64,000 nt of DNA from an uncultured Chloroflexia bacterium (GCA_963720315.1 CAVRFC010000002.1:22252-86251); one strand, 5' to 3'. Shown: positions 38,398 to 46,942, counted from the stretch's first letter. The notes: generated by a model from the letters alone, not told the origin. A program made the numbers and translations.

Positions 38398-39506
38398 GTG
38401 CCCGCGGACGCGCCCGCGCCTGCCGAGGCCGGCGGAGCCCCGACGCGCCGATCCGACGGCGTCGCCGCGACGACCCGCCGACGGAGGCGCCCCGTGGTTG
38501 ACCGGATCCTCGGGCCGCGGCCGAGGCGAGCGGCCGCGACGCCGACCGCCGCCGCCGCCGACGTCGCCGCCGACCCGCGCGACGCCGTCTGGGCGCGCGT
38601 CCAGCAGGCCCGCAACCTGCGCCGGCCGCGGACCCTCGAGCTCGTCGCGGAGCTGGCCGAGGACTTCATCGAGATCCACGGCGACCGGCTCTTCGGCGAC
38701 GACGAGGCGATCGTCACCGGGTTCGCCCGGATCGACGGCCGGCGGGTCGTCGTCGTCGGCCAGCAGAAGGGCGCCGACACCGACGAGAACATCCGGCGCA
38801 ACTTCGGGATGCCGCACCCCGAGGGCTACCGCAAGGCGATGCGGGCGATGGAGCTCGCCGAGCGGTTCGGGATGCCGGTCGTCACGTTCGTCGACGTCCC
38901 GGGCGCCCATCCCGGCGCCGAATCGGAGGAGCGCGGCATCGCCGAGGCGATCGCCCGCTCGATCGGGCTGATGAGCCGCCTGCGGACGCCGATCGTCACG
39001 GTCATCACCGGCGAAGGCGGCTCGGGCGGCGCGCTGGCGATCGCCGTCGCCGACGTCGTCGATCGCGCTCGAGAACGCCGTCTACTCGGTGATCAGCCCC
39101 GAGGGCTGCGCGTCGATCCTGTGGCGGACGGCCGACGAGGCGCCGACCGCGGCGGTCGCGATGCGGATGACGGCGGCCGAGCAGCAGGCGCTCGGCGTCG
39201 TCGACATCGTCGTGACGGAGCCCGGCGAGGGCGCCCACACCGACCACGCCGAGACGGCCCGCCGACTGAAGCCGATCATCGTCGCCGAGCTCGACGCGCC
39301 TGTCGCGGCTCCCGCTCGATGAGCTCGTCGAAGCCCGGTACCAGCGCTTCCGCGGCACTCGGGCCGTACACCGAGCTCGCGACGCCGACCGGTCGTCGCC
39401 GGTCGAGCGGCCGGGCCTCGCCGATCGCCTCCGCAACCTGTTCGATCCGGGCCGCTGGCCGGCCAGCCCGGGCCGCGACGAGCCGCCGGCGCGCGACGAG
39501 GTCTGA
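38398..39506 (+). pseudogene. accA: Acetyl-CoA carboxylase carboxyltransferase alpha subunit, at least 3 frameshifts. The start is uncertain, and a P/A/R-rich linker from accD means a fused AccDA cannot be excluded.
   Basis: [50 protein letters not shown]...[34 protein letters not shown]...[14 protein letters not shown] / [20 protein letters not shown] / [16 protein letters not shown]. Stop TGA 39504..39506 lies in the last frame. Confidence 0.75.
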
Positions 39507-39511
39507 CGGCG

Positions 39512-40216
39512 ATGCACGACGACCGCGCCCGTCAGCAGCCCGCCGCGACCGGACGGCGACGAAGGCGCGCGCCGCCGACCACGCCGCGATCGACCGCCTC
39601 GCCGACGAGCTGCTGCCGGCCCTGGTCGCGAAGCTGTCGGCGACGGGCCTCGGCGAGATCGAGGTCCGCGAGGGCCCGTGGCGGGTTCGGATCCGCCGGC
39701 CCGCGGATGCGAGGCCCGACGCTCAGCTCAGGCGCGCGACCGATCGGCCGTCGCGAGCCCAGCCGGGTCATGCCGGCCACGGCCACGCGCCCGCGGCCTT
39801 CGAGGGCCATCGGTCGGCCGCGAGGCAGGAGCCGCGGCCCGGCTCCGCACTCGACGAACGGATCGTCGCCGCCGCCGCTGACCGCGGTCGGGCCCGGGCC
39901 GGATGGCGCGGATCGCCGGTCGACGCGCCCTCGCGGCCAGGAGCCGCCGGCCCGGTCGGACGGTCGCGACGTCGCCCGCCGTCGGCGTCTACCAGCCCCG
40001 GCGGACGCGACGCCGGGCACGCGGGTCCGGGCGGGCGACCGGCTCGGCGCGGTCGACATGCTCGGCGTCGCCCAGGAGGTCGTCGCGCCCGGTCGACGGG
40101 CTGATCGGGGCGAGCCTCGTCGAAGCCGGCGCAGGCCGTCGAGTACGGCCAGGAGCTCGTCGTGATCGAGCTCGCGGCGATCGGACGGGACCGGCGCCGC
40201 CGCGGGCGAGGCCTGA
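39512..40216 (+). pseudogene. BCCP-like biotinyl/lipoyl-domain protein LACKING the biotinyl-lysine, several frameshifts
   Basis: N-terminal BCCP-type segment [37 protein letters not shown]. The C-terminal domain is reconstructed as [12 protein letters not shown] / [30 protein letters not shown] / [13 protein letters not shown] / [15 protein letters not shown]. Where canonical BCCP has EAMK, this has VDML (40052..40063). Confidence 0.55.
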
Positions 40217-40217
40217 G

Positions 40218-41600
40218 GTGTTCCGCAAGGTCCTCATCGCGAACCGCGGCGAGATCGCGCTGCGCATCCTGCGCGCCTGCCGGACGCTCGGGATCGAGGC
40301 CGTCGTCGCCTACAGCGAGGCCGATCGCGACTCGCTGCCCGTCCAGCTCGCGGACGAGGCGATCTGCATCGGCCCGGCCGACGCGAAGCGGTCGTACCTG
40401 TCGGCGCCGGCGATGATCAGCGCCGCGCTCGTCACCGGCTGCGACGCGATCCATCCCGGCTACGGCTTCCTGTCCGAGGACGAGGGATTCGCCGAGGTCG
40501 TCCGGGCCCACGACCTGACGTTCATCGGCCCGCCGGCCGAGCGTGCTGGAGCGGTTCGCCTCGAAGGAGGCGACGCGGCGGCTGCTCGCGAACCACGGCC
40601 TGCCGACGATCCCCGGCTCGAACGGCATCCTCCGCGACGACGCCCACGCCCTCGAGGAGGGCGAGCGGATCGGCTATCCGCTGCTGATCAAGCCGGCTGC
40701 CGGCGGCGGCGGCAAGGGCATGCGGATGGTCCGGACGCCGCGCGAGCTCGAGGCGTCGCTCGAGGTCTGCCGCTCCGAGGCGCGGGCGGCGTTCGGCGAC
40801 GACTCGCTCTACCTCGAGACGGTGGCTCGACGAGAACCGCCACGTCGAGGTCCAGGTCGCGGTCGACCGCTACGGCCCCGGCGTCCACCTCGGCGAGCGC
40901 GACTGCTCAGTCCAGCGCCGCCACCAGAAGATCCTCGAGGAAGCCCCGACGCCGGCGCTCTCGGAGGCGGCCCGCGCGGACCTCGCAGCCCGGGCGATCC
41001 GGGCCGTCGTCGAGGCCGGCTACGAGAACGTCGGGACGCTCGAGTTCCTCGTCGACAACGCCGGCAACTTCTACTTCATCGAGATCAACTGCCGGATCCA
41101 GGTCGAGCATCCGGTGACCGAGGCGCTGACCGGGATCGACCTCGTCGCGACCCAGATCCGGATCGCGGCGGGGGAGCCGCTCGGCTTCAGCCAGGCCGAC
41201 GTCGAGTTCCGCGGCCACGCGATCGAGTTCCGGATCAACGCCGAGGACCCGGAGCACGAGTTCCGGCCCGGCGCCGGCGTCGTCGAGCGCTACCTTCCGC
41301 CGGGCGGTCCCGGCGTCCGGATGGACTCGCACCTCTATGCCGGCTACGAGGTCCCGCCGTTCTACGACTCGCTGCTCGGCAAGCTGATCGTCTGGGGCCC
41401 GACGCGCGAGGCCGCCATCGCCCGATCGCGTCGTCGCGCTCGACGAGCTGCTCGTCGAGGGCATCGTCACGAACGTCTCGATCCACAAGGCGCTGCTCGC
41501 CTCGGAGACATTCCTCGAAGGGAAGATGACGACCAATCTGCTCGATCGGGTCGGTGGCGCGGCGATCCTGGCCGCGGCGGCGCGCGCGATGAGCGTTTGA
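40218..41600 (+). pseudogene. accC: Biotin carboxylase, at least 3 frameshifts
   Basis: [29 protein letters not shown]..., [27 protein letters not shown]...[19 protein letters not shown] and [19 protein letters not shown]...IEFRINAEDP. The C-terminal ...LEGKMTTNLLDRV ends at TGA 41598..41600. Confidence 0.85.
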
Positions 41601-41621
41601 CCTCGTCGCGTCCGCCGCTTG

Positions 41622-41641
41622 GTCCGCCAGCGCCGGCGGAC
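41622..41641 (+). terminator. GC-rich hairpin downstream of accC (candidate terminator or processing site)
   Basis: GTCCGCC (41622..41628) pairs with GGCGGAC (41635..41641). An upstream second copy GTCCGCCG (41610..41617) can pair with the same 3' arm. There is no U tract. Confidence 0.25.
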
Positions 41642-41741
41642 GCACGGCGGCGCCCGCGCTCGCCCGTGCGTACCTGCAACCACCGCGCCGCGTGGGGACC
41701 GCGCGTCGGGGCACACTGGAATCCATGACCTGGAGTTGCCT

Positions 41742-42221
41742 GTGACCGAAACGACCGCGCCGCCGAAGCTCGAAACGATCCACTCTACCGGCGAGATCGA
41801 GGCGCTGATCCCGCACCGCTGGCCGTTCCTCCTCGTCGACCGGATCGTGGAGTACGACCCCGAGGCGAAGCGGATCGTCGGGATCAAGGGCGTCGCCGCG
41901 ACAGAGTGGTTCTTCCAGGGCCACTTCCCGGGCCTGCCGGTCATGCCCGGCGTCCTCCAGGTCGAGGCGCTTGCCCAGACGATGGCGGTCTACGTCGCGA
42001 AGCAGCCCGGCTTCGGCGACCGGATCGGGCTGTTCGCGGGCATCGACGACTCCCGCTTCAAGCGGATCGTCGTGCCGGGCGACGTCCTCCGGCTCGAGAT
42101 CACGATGGAGAAGCTCGGCGGCCGGTTCGGGCGGGGCCGCGGCGTCGCGAGCGTCGACGGCGAGGTCGCCTGCGAGGCGACGCTGAGCTTCATCATCCCG
42201 AGCGAAGGCGCGCTGCGATGA
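41742..42221 (+). CDS. fabZ: 3-hydroxyacyl-ACP dehydratase FabZ
   Basis: IPHRWPFLLVDRI...GHFPGLPVMPGVLQVEALAQ. GTG 41742 is preceded by GGAG (41732..41735). Confidence 0.85.
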   Translation: MTETTAPPKLETIHSTGEIEALIPHRWPFLLVDRIVEYDPEAKRIVGIKGVAATEWFFQGHFPGLPVMPGVLQVEALAQTMAVYVAKQPGFGDRIGLFAGIDDSRFKRIVVPGDVLRLEITMEKLGGRFGRGRGVASVDGEVACEATLSFIIPSEGALR

Positions 42222-42962
42222 CCGCGCGGGTCGCGGTCCTGTCGGACGTCCACGGCAACGCGGCCGCGCTCGAGGCCGTCCGCAAGGCGATGAGGAAGGA
42301 GAGGCCGGACGCCGTGATCGTCGCCGGCGACCTCGTCCTGAACGGCCCGGAGCCCTCGGCCGCGGTCGACGGCTCCGCGAGATGGAGGCCGAGGGCGCGA
42401 CGTCGTCCAGGGCAACACCGACGTCGCCGTCGCCGACTTCGACTACTCGGCCGCGTTCCCGTGGCTCACCGACGGCGTCCCGGACACCTTTCGCGCCGCC
42501 GCGGAGTGGGCCCACGACGAGCTCGGCGACGAGCGGCTGGGCTGGCTCCGGCGGCTGCCATCCGAGCGGCGCCTCAGGCTCGACGACACGATGGTCCTCG
42601 CCTGCCACGCCTCGCCCGGCTGCCAGACGCAGGGCTTCGACCAGGCGCTCGACCCGTCGGTCATCCTCGAGCGCGTCTCACGGACCGACGCCCGCGTCAT
42701 CTGCTGCGGCCACACCCACCTGCCCGAGGTCCGCGACCTCGGCTGGAAGGTGATCGTCAACGACGGCTCCGCGGGCTACATCTTCGACGGCGACCCGACG
42801 GCCTCATGGGCCCTGGTCGTCGTCGACGGCGACGACGTCACCGCCGAGATCCGCCGGACCGAGTTCGACACGATGGCCGTCTCCAACGCGATCTCCGCCC
42901 GCGGCCTGCCGGGCGACGTCTACCGCGCGGCGACGGTCCGGACCGGGAAGCTCGTCCGATGA
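42218..42962 (+). pseudogene. Calcineurin-like metallophosphoesterase (YfcE/MJ0936-like), 2 frameshifts (about 42370, 42398)
   Basis: RVAVLSDVHGNAAALEAV...DAVIVAGDLVLNGPEP / REMEAEGA / VVQGNTDVAV...ACHASPG...VICCGHTHLPEV.... ATGA overlaps with fabZ (42218..42221) and with fabF (42959..42962). Confidence 0.7.
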
Positions 42963-44234
42963 CGCGCGGCACCTGGCCGGCCGAGCCGCGGCGTGTCGTC
43001 GTGACCGGGATGGGCATGGTCACGGCGCTCGGCAACGACGTCGCGTCCTCGTGGGCGGGCCTCGCCGCCGGTCGGTCGGGGGTCACGACGATCACGACCG
43101 TTCGATCCGTCGCGTCTGACGGCGCAGATCGCGGGCGAGGTCCGGGATTTCGACGCCAGCCACGTCCTCGACCGCAAGGAGATCCGGCGGACGGATCGCT
43201 ACATCCAGTTCGGGCTCGTCGCGACACGCGAGGCGATGGACCAGGCCGGCCTGCCGGCCCGGCTGGAAGGCGAGGAGGCGGAGCGGACCGGCGTCATCCT
43301 CGGGACCGGCCTCGGCGGCATTGGCACGCTCGTCGACGGGATCTCGATGAACGCCCTGCGCGGCCCGGACCGGATCAGCCCGTTCTTCATCCCGATGGGC
43401 ATCCCGAACGTCGGCGCCGGGCAGATCGCGATCAACTTCGGGATGATCGGGCCGAACTTCACGACCGTGTCGGCCTGCGCGACCGGCGGCCACGCGATCG
43501 GCGAGGCATAGGAGACGATCCGCCGCGGCGACGCCGACATCATGATCGCCGGCGGCAGCGAGGCCGGCATCTACGAGCCGCTCGTCGGCGGGTTCGCCGC
43601 GATGCGGGCGCTCTCGACGCGGAACGACGACCCCGAGGGCGCCTCGCGGCCGTTCGACAAGGGACGTGACGGCTTCGTGCCGGGCGAGGGCGCCGGTGTC
43701 CTCGTCCTCGAGGAGCTCGAGCACGCCCGGGCTCGCGGCGCGCCGATCCTGGCCGAGCTGATCGGCTACGGCGCGACCGCCGACGCGTCGCACATCACGC
43801 TGCCGGCGCCGGGCGGGATCGGGGCGGTCCGGGCCGCGCGCCGGGCGATCGATAAGGCCGGCATCGCGGTGGACGAGATCGACCACGTGAACGCCCACGC
43901 CACCTCGACGCCGGAAGGCGACAAGGCCGAACTCCAGTCGATCCGCACGATCTTCGGCGAGCGGGCCGGCGAGGTCCCGATCACGGCCAACAAGTCGATG
44001 CTGGGGCATTCGCTCGGCGCTGCCGGTGCCATCGAGGCGATCGTGACGATCCAGACGATCCGTGAGTCTTGCGTCCCGCCGACGATCAACCTCGACGATC
44101 CGGACGATGCCGCCGAGGGCCTGAACCTCACGCCAAACACCGCCCAGGCGCAGGACATCCGGACCGCGATGTCGAATTCCTTCGGCTTCGGCGGCCAGAA
44201 CACGGCCCTGATCTTCCGGCGGTGGGAGGAATGA
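42959..44234 (+). pseudogene. fabF: 3-oxoacyl-ACP synthase II, one frameshift (about 43100) and one in-frame TAG (43509..43511)
   Basis: RRVVVTGMGMVTALGN..., active-site TVSACATGGHAIGEA*ETIRRGDADIMIAGG, NAHATSTPEGD, SMLGHSLGAAGAIE, NSFGFGGQN. Confidence 0.85.
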
Positions 44235-44275
44235 CCGACGAGCTCGAGCGGCTGCCCGACGCCGTCGCCGAGCCG

Positions 44276-44309
44276 CTGCCGCCGCCGAGCCTGCTGCCGC
44301 CGCCGAGCC
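44276..44309 (+). repeat. 18-bp-period tandem duplication (CTGCCGCCGCCGAGCC x2)
   Basis: Exact 16-mer at 44276..44291 and 44294..44309, in the fabF-accB spacer. It would encode PLPPPS/LLPPPS in the frame opened by ATG 44231. Confidence 0.6.
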
Positions 44310-44373
44310 GGACCCGGCGCCGGACGAGCCCGTATCCATCCAAGCCGTCGCCGCCGTCCCGTCGCCACCGCCC

Positions 44374-44862
44374 GTGCCAGCCGATATCGGCGACGCATCC
44401 CTCCTGGCCCTCATCGATCGGCTCGGCGGCATGCTCCAGCGGAGCGACCTGACCGAGCTCGAGGTCGAGGTCGGCGGAACCGCGTTGATCCTGCGCAAAC
44501 CAGTAGCGATCGCCCAGCCGATTGCGGTCGGGGGCGTCGGGGACGCCCAGGCAACGGCGGCGCCCGTGCCCGCCTCGACGCCATCGGCCGCGCCGACCGG
44601 CGAAGAGCGCGCCGCCCCCTCGCGCCCGAGCATCAAGGCCCCGCTGACCGGGATCTGGTACGGCTCGCCGGCCCCCGGCTCCGCCCCGTTCGTCGAGGTC
44701 GGCCGCGAGGTCGCGATCGGCCAGGTCGTCGGGCTCATCGAGGCGATGAAGCTCTTCAACGAGATCAAGTCCGAGCTCGCCGGACGCGTCGTCCGGGTCG
44801 TGCCCGAAAGCGGCACGCTCGTCAAGGCGAAGCAGCCGCTCATCGAGGTGGATCCGCTGTGA
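44374..44862 (+). CDS. accB: Biotin carboxyl carrier protein (canonical)
   Basis: LLALIDRLGGMLQRSDLTELEVEVGG..., P/A linker, IKAPLTGIWY...VGLIEAMKLFNEIKSE (EAMK biotinylation motif). The start may instead be ATG 44231 (ATGA overlap with fabF), with a frameshift near 44300. Confidence 0.8.
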   Translation: MPADIGDASLLALIDRLGGMLQRSDLTELEVEVGGTALILRKPVAIAQPIAVGGVGDAQATAAPVPASTPSAAPTGEERAAPSRPSIKAPLTGIWYGSPAPGSAPFVEVGREVAIGQVVGLIEAMKLFNEIKSELAGRVVRVVPESGTLVKAKQPLIEVDPL

Positions 44863-46052
44863 ACCCGCCCGTCCGTCACGCGCACGTCACCGGCTGGGGG
44901 CGATATGCGCCGTCCCAGGTCCTCACCAACGCCGACCTCGAACGGATGGTCGACACCTCCGACGAATGGATTCAAAGCCGAACGGGGATCCGCGAGCGCC
45001 GGGTCGCCGCCGCTCACGAGACGACCGCCTCGATGGGCGCCGTCGCCGGCCTGCGCGCGATCCGGACTGCGGGCATCGAGCCAGACGACATCGATCTGAT
45101 CCTGCTCGGGACACTCACACCGGACTACTGGATGCCGTCGACCGCCGCCCTGGTCAAGGAGGCGATCGGCAACACGAGGGCAGCCGCGTTCGACGTCATG
45201 GCCGCCTGCTCGGGCTTCGTTTACGGCTTCGCGACCGCCCAGGCCTACATCACCGCCGGCCTCGCGAAGCACGTCCTCGTCATCGGCGCGGAGCTCCTGA
45301 CCCGCTTCCTCGATTACACCGACCGGAGCACCTGCATCCTGTTCGGTGACGGGGCGGGCGCCGTCGTCCTGTCGGCCAGCGAGGAGCCCGGCGGCGCGCT
45401 CGGCGTCGAGATGACGACCGATCCGCAGGGCGCGTACATGATCTGGCTTCCCGCGGGCGGAGCGAAGAGCCCACCGTCGGCGGAGACGATCGCGCGCGGC
45501 GAGCACTACGTCCGGATGGAGGGCAAGGAGACCTACCGCTTCGCGACGAAGACAATGGCGACGACCGCGCTGGAGTCGATCCGGCGATCCGGACTCCAAC
45601 CGTCCGACATCGACCTTTTCATCCCGCACCAGGCCAACATCCGGATCGTGGAGGCCGTCGCCAAGGGCCTCGACCTGCCGATGGACAAGATGTTCGTCAA
45701 CCTCGACAAGTACGGCAACACCTCGGCTGCGTCCGTCCCGATCGCGCTCGCCGAAGCGGTCAACGAGGGGCGCGTGAAGGTCGGCGACAACGTCGTGATC
45801 GTCGCCTTTGGCGCCGGCTTCACAAGCGGCGCAGTGACGATCAACTGGACGGCCGATCCGGCCCGGGGCATCGCTGGCGACGCCGCGGTACAGCCGGAGG
45901 ACGTCAAGGTCCGGCTGCCGGTCGACTGGGACTCGGTCGACCCGATCCCCGACGCGCTCGCGGAGGTCATGGCCCGGCCCGGCTCGATCGACGTGCCGCT
46001 CGACGACGTCGTCCCGGGCGAGCCCGAGCACGCCCGCCAGCCTGTCGGTTGA
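44859..46052 (+). CDS. fabH: 3-oxoacyl-ACP synthase III with a C-terminal extension of about 65 aa
   Basis: Active-site MAACSGF, HQANIRI, GNTSAASVP. GTGA overlap with accB. The FabH fold ends near ...AVTINW (aa 330 of 397). Confidence 0.85.
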   Translation: MNPPVRHAHVTGWGRYAPSQVLTNADLERMVDTSDEWIQSRTGIRERRVAAAHETTASMGAVAGLRAIRTAGIEPDDIDLILLGTLTPDYWMPSTAALVKEAIGNTRAAAFDVMAACSGFVYGFATAQAYITAGLAKHVLVIGAELLTRFLDYTDRSTCILFGDGAGAVVLSASEEPGGALGVEMTTDPQGAYMIWLPAGGAKSPPSAETIARGEHYVRMEGKETYRFATKTMATTALESIRRSGLQPSDIDLFIPHQANIRIVEAVAKGLDLPMDKMFVNLDKYGNTSAASVPIALAEAVNEGRVKVGDNVVIVAFGAGFTSGAVTINWTADPARGIAGDAAVQPEDVKVRLPVDWDSVDPIPDALAEVMARPGSIDVPLDDVVPGEPEHARQPVG

Positions 46053-46083
46053 GTAGCCCCTCGCCCCATTTGGAGGTCCGTTC

Positions 46084-46833
46084 GTGATCGACCTGAGCGG
46101 CAAGAGTGCCGTCGTGACCGGCGGCTCGCGCGGGATCGGGCGGGCGATCGCACTTCGCCTCGCGACCCAGGGCGCCGACGTCGCGTTCAGCTACCGCGGC
46201 AACGAGGCGGCGGCCAAGGAGGCGACCGCGGCGATCGAGGGCCTCGGCCGCAAGGCCCTTGCCGTCCAGGCCGACGTTACGGAGCCCGCCGCAGCCGACG
46301 CCCTCGTCAAGGCCGCGCTCGACGCCTTCGAGAAGATCGACATCCTCGTCAACAACGCCGGCATCACCCGCGACGACCTGCTCATGCGGATGACCGTCGA
46401 GGCGTTCCGGGAGGTCCTCGAAACGAACCTGTTCGGCGCGTTCTACACGACCAAGGCGGTCACCCGACCGATGCTCAGGGCCAAGAGCGGCCGGATCATC
46501 AACATCACCTCGGTCTCCGGCCAGGCGGGCCAGATGGGCCAGGCCAACTACTCCGCCGCGAAGGCCGGCCTCATCGGCCTGACGAAGGCGACGGCCCGTG
46601 AGCTCGCGTCACGCGGGATCACCTGCAACGCCGTCGCGCCGGGCTTCGTCCTCACGGAGCTGACGAAGGACCTGCCGGAGGCGCTCCAGGCCGAGATCAC
46701 GGCCCGAACGCCGCTCGGGCGGTTCGGGACGACCGAGGAGGTCGCCAACGCCGTCGCGTTCCTTGCGAGCGACGAGGCTGCGTTCATCACGGGGCAGGTG
46801 CTCGCCGTCGACGGCGGCCTGGTGATGATGTAG
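46084..46833 (+). CDS. fabG: 3-oxoacyl-ACP reductase
   Basis: VTGGSRGIGRAIA, NNAG, catalytic NYSAAKAG. GGAGG at 46072..46076. Confidence 0.9.
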   Translation: MIDLSGKSAVVTGGSRGIGRAIALRLATQGADVAFSYRGNEAAAKEATAAIEGLGRKALAVQADVTEPAAADALVKAALDAFEKIDILVNNAGITRDDLLMRMTVEAFREVLETNLFGAFYTTKAVTRPMLRAKSGRIINITSVSGQAGQMGQANYSAAKAGLIGLTKATARELASRGITCNAVAPGFVLTELTKDLPEALQAEITARTPLGRFGTTEEVANAVAFLASDEAAFITGQVLAVDGGLVMM

Positions 46834-46942
46834 GTCCAATGATGGTGACCGTCTGAACCTTCACTCGCCGGGCGGCGAGAGCCTGTCGACCTGGCGAGCC
46901 CCGCTCAACGGACCGCTTCTTCTCCTGGTTTCGCTGGCCCTG

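Noticed and set aside
36813-40104. Two very long plus-strand ORFs (36813..38501, 562 aa; 38398..40104, 568 aa) suggesting giant novel proteins
   Set aside because: They are mosaics. Short stretches of genuine AccD, AccA or BCCP-like sequence alternate with out-of-frame Arg/Pro-rich read-through caused by the dense indels.
43509-43511. TAG in fabF as pyrrolysine or suppressed-stop recoding
   Set aside because: No pyl genes or other in-frame TAGs were seen in the window. Other genes here, such as btuF and tetR, use TAG as a normal stop. A single substitution explains it.
34300-43520. Programmed ribosomal frameshifting or other recoding as an explanation for the frame changes
   Set aside because: There are far too many events, dozens, in unrelated genes and in both +1 and -1 directions. 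They occur at ordinary G/C runs without slippery heptamers or downstream structures. Sequence error, or less likely recent decay, is more parsimonious.
43092-46103. 1003-aa ORF on the minus strand, the longest ORF in the track
   Set aside because: It is antisense to fabF, accB and fabH, which have unmistakable catalytic motifs on the plus strand. Its translation is Arg/Pro/Gly/Ala-rich low-complexity sequence with no family resemblance. Long stop-free antisense frames are expected in very GC-rich DNA.
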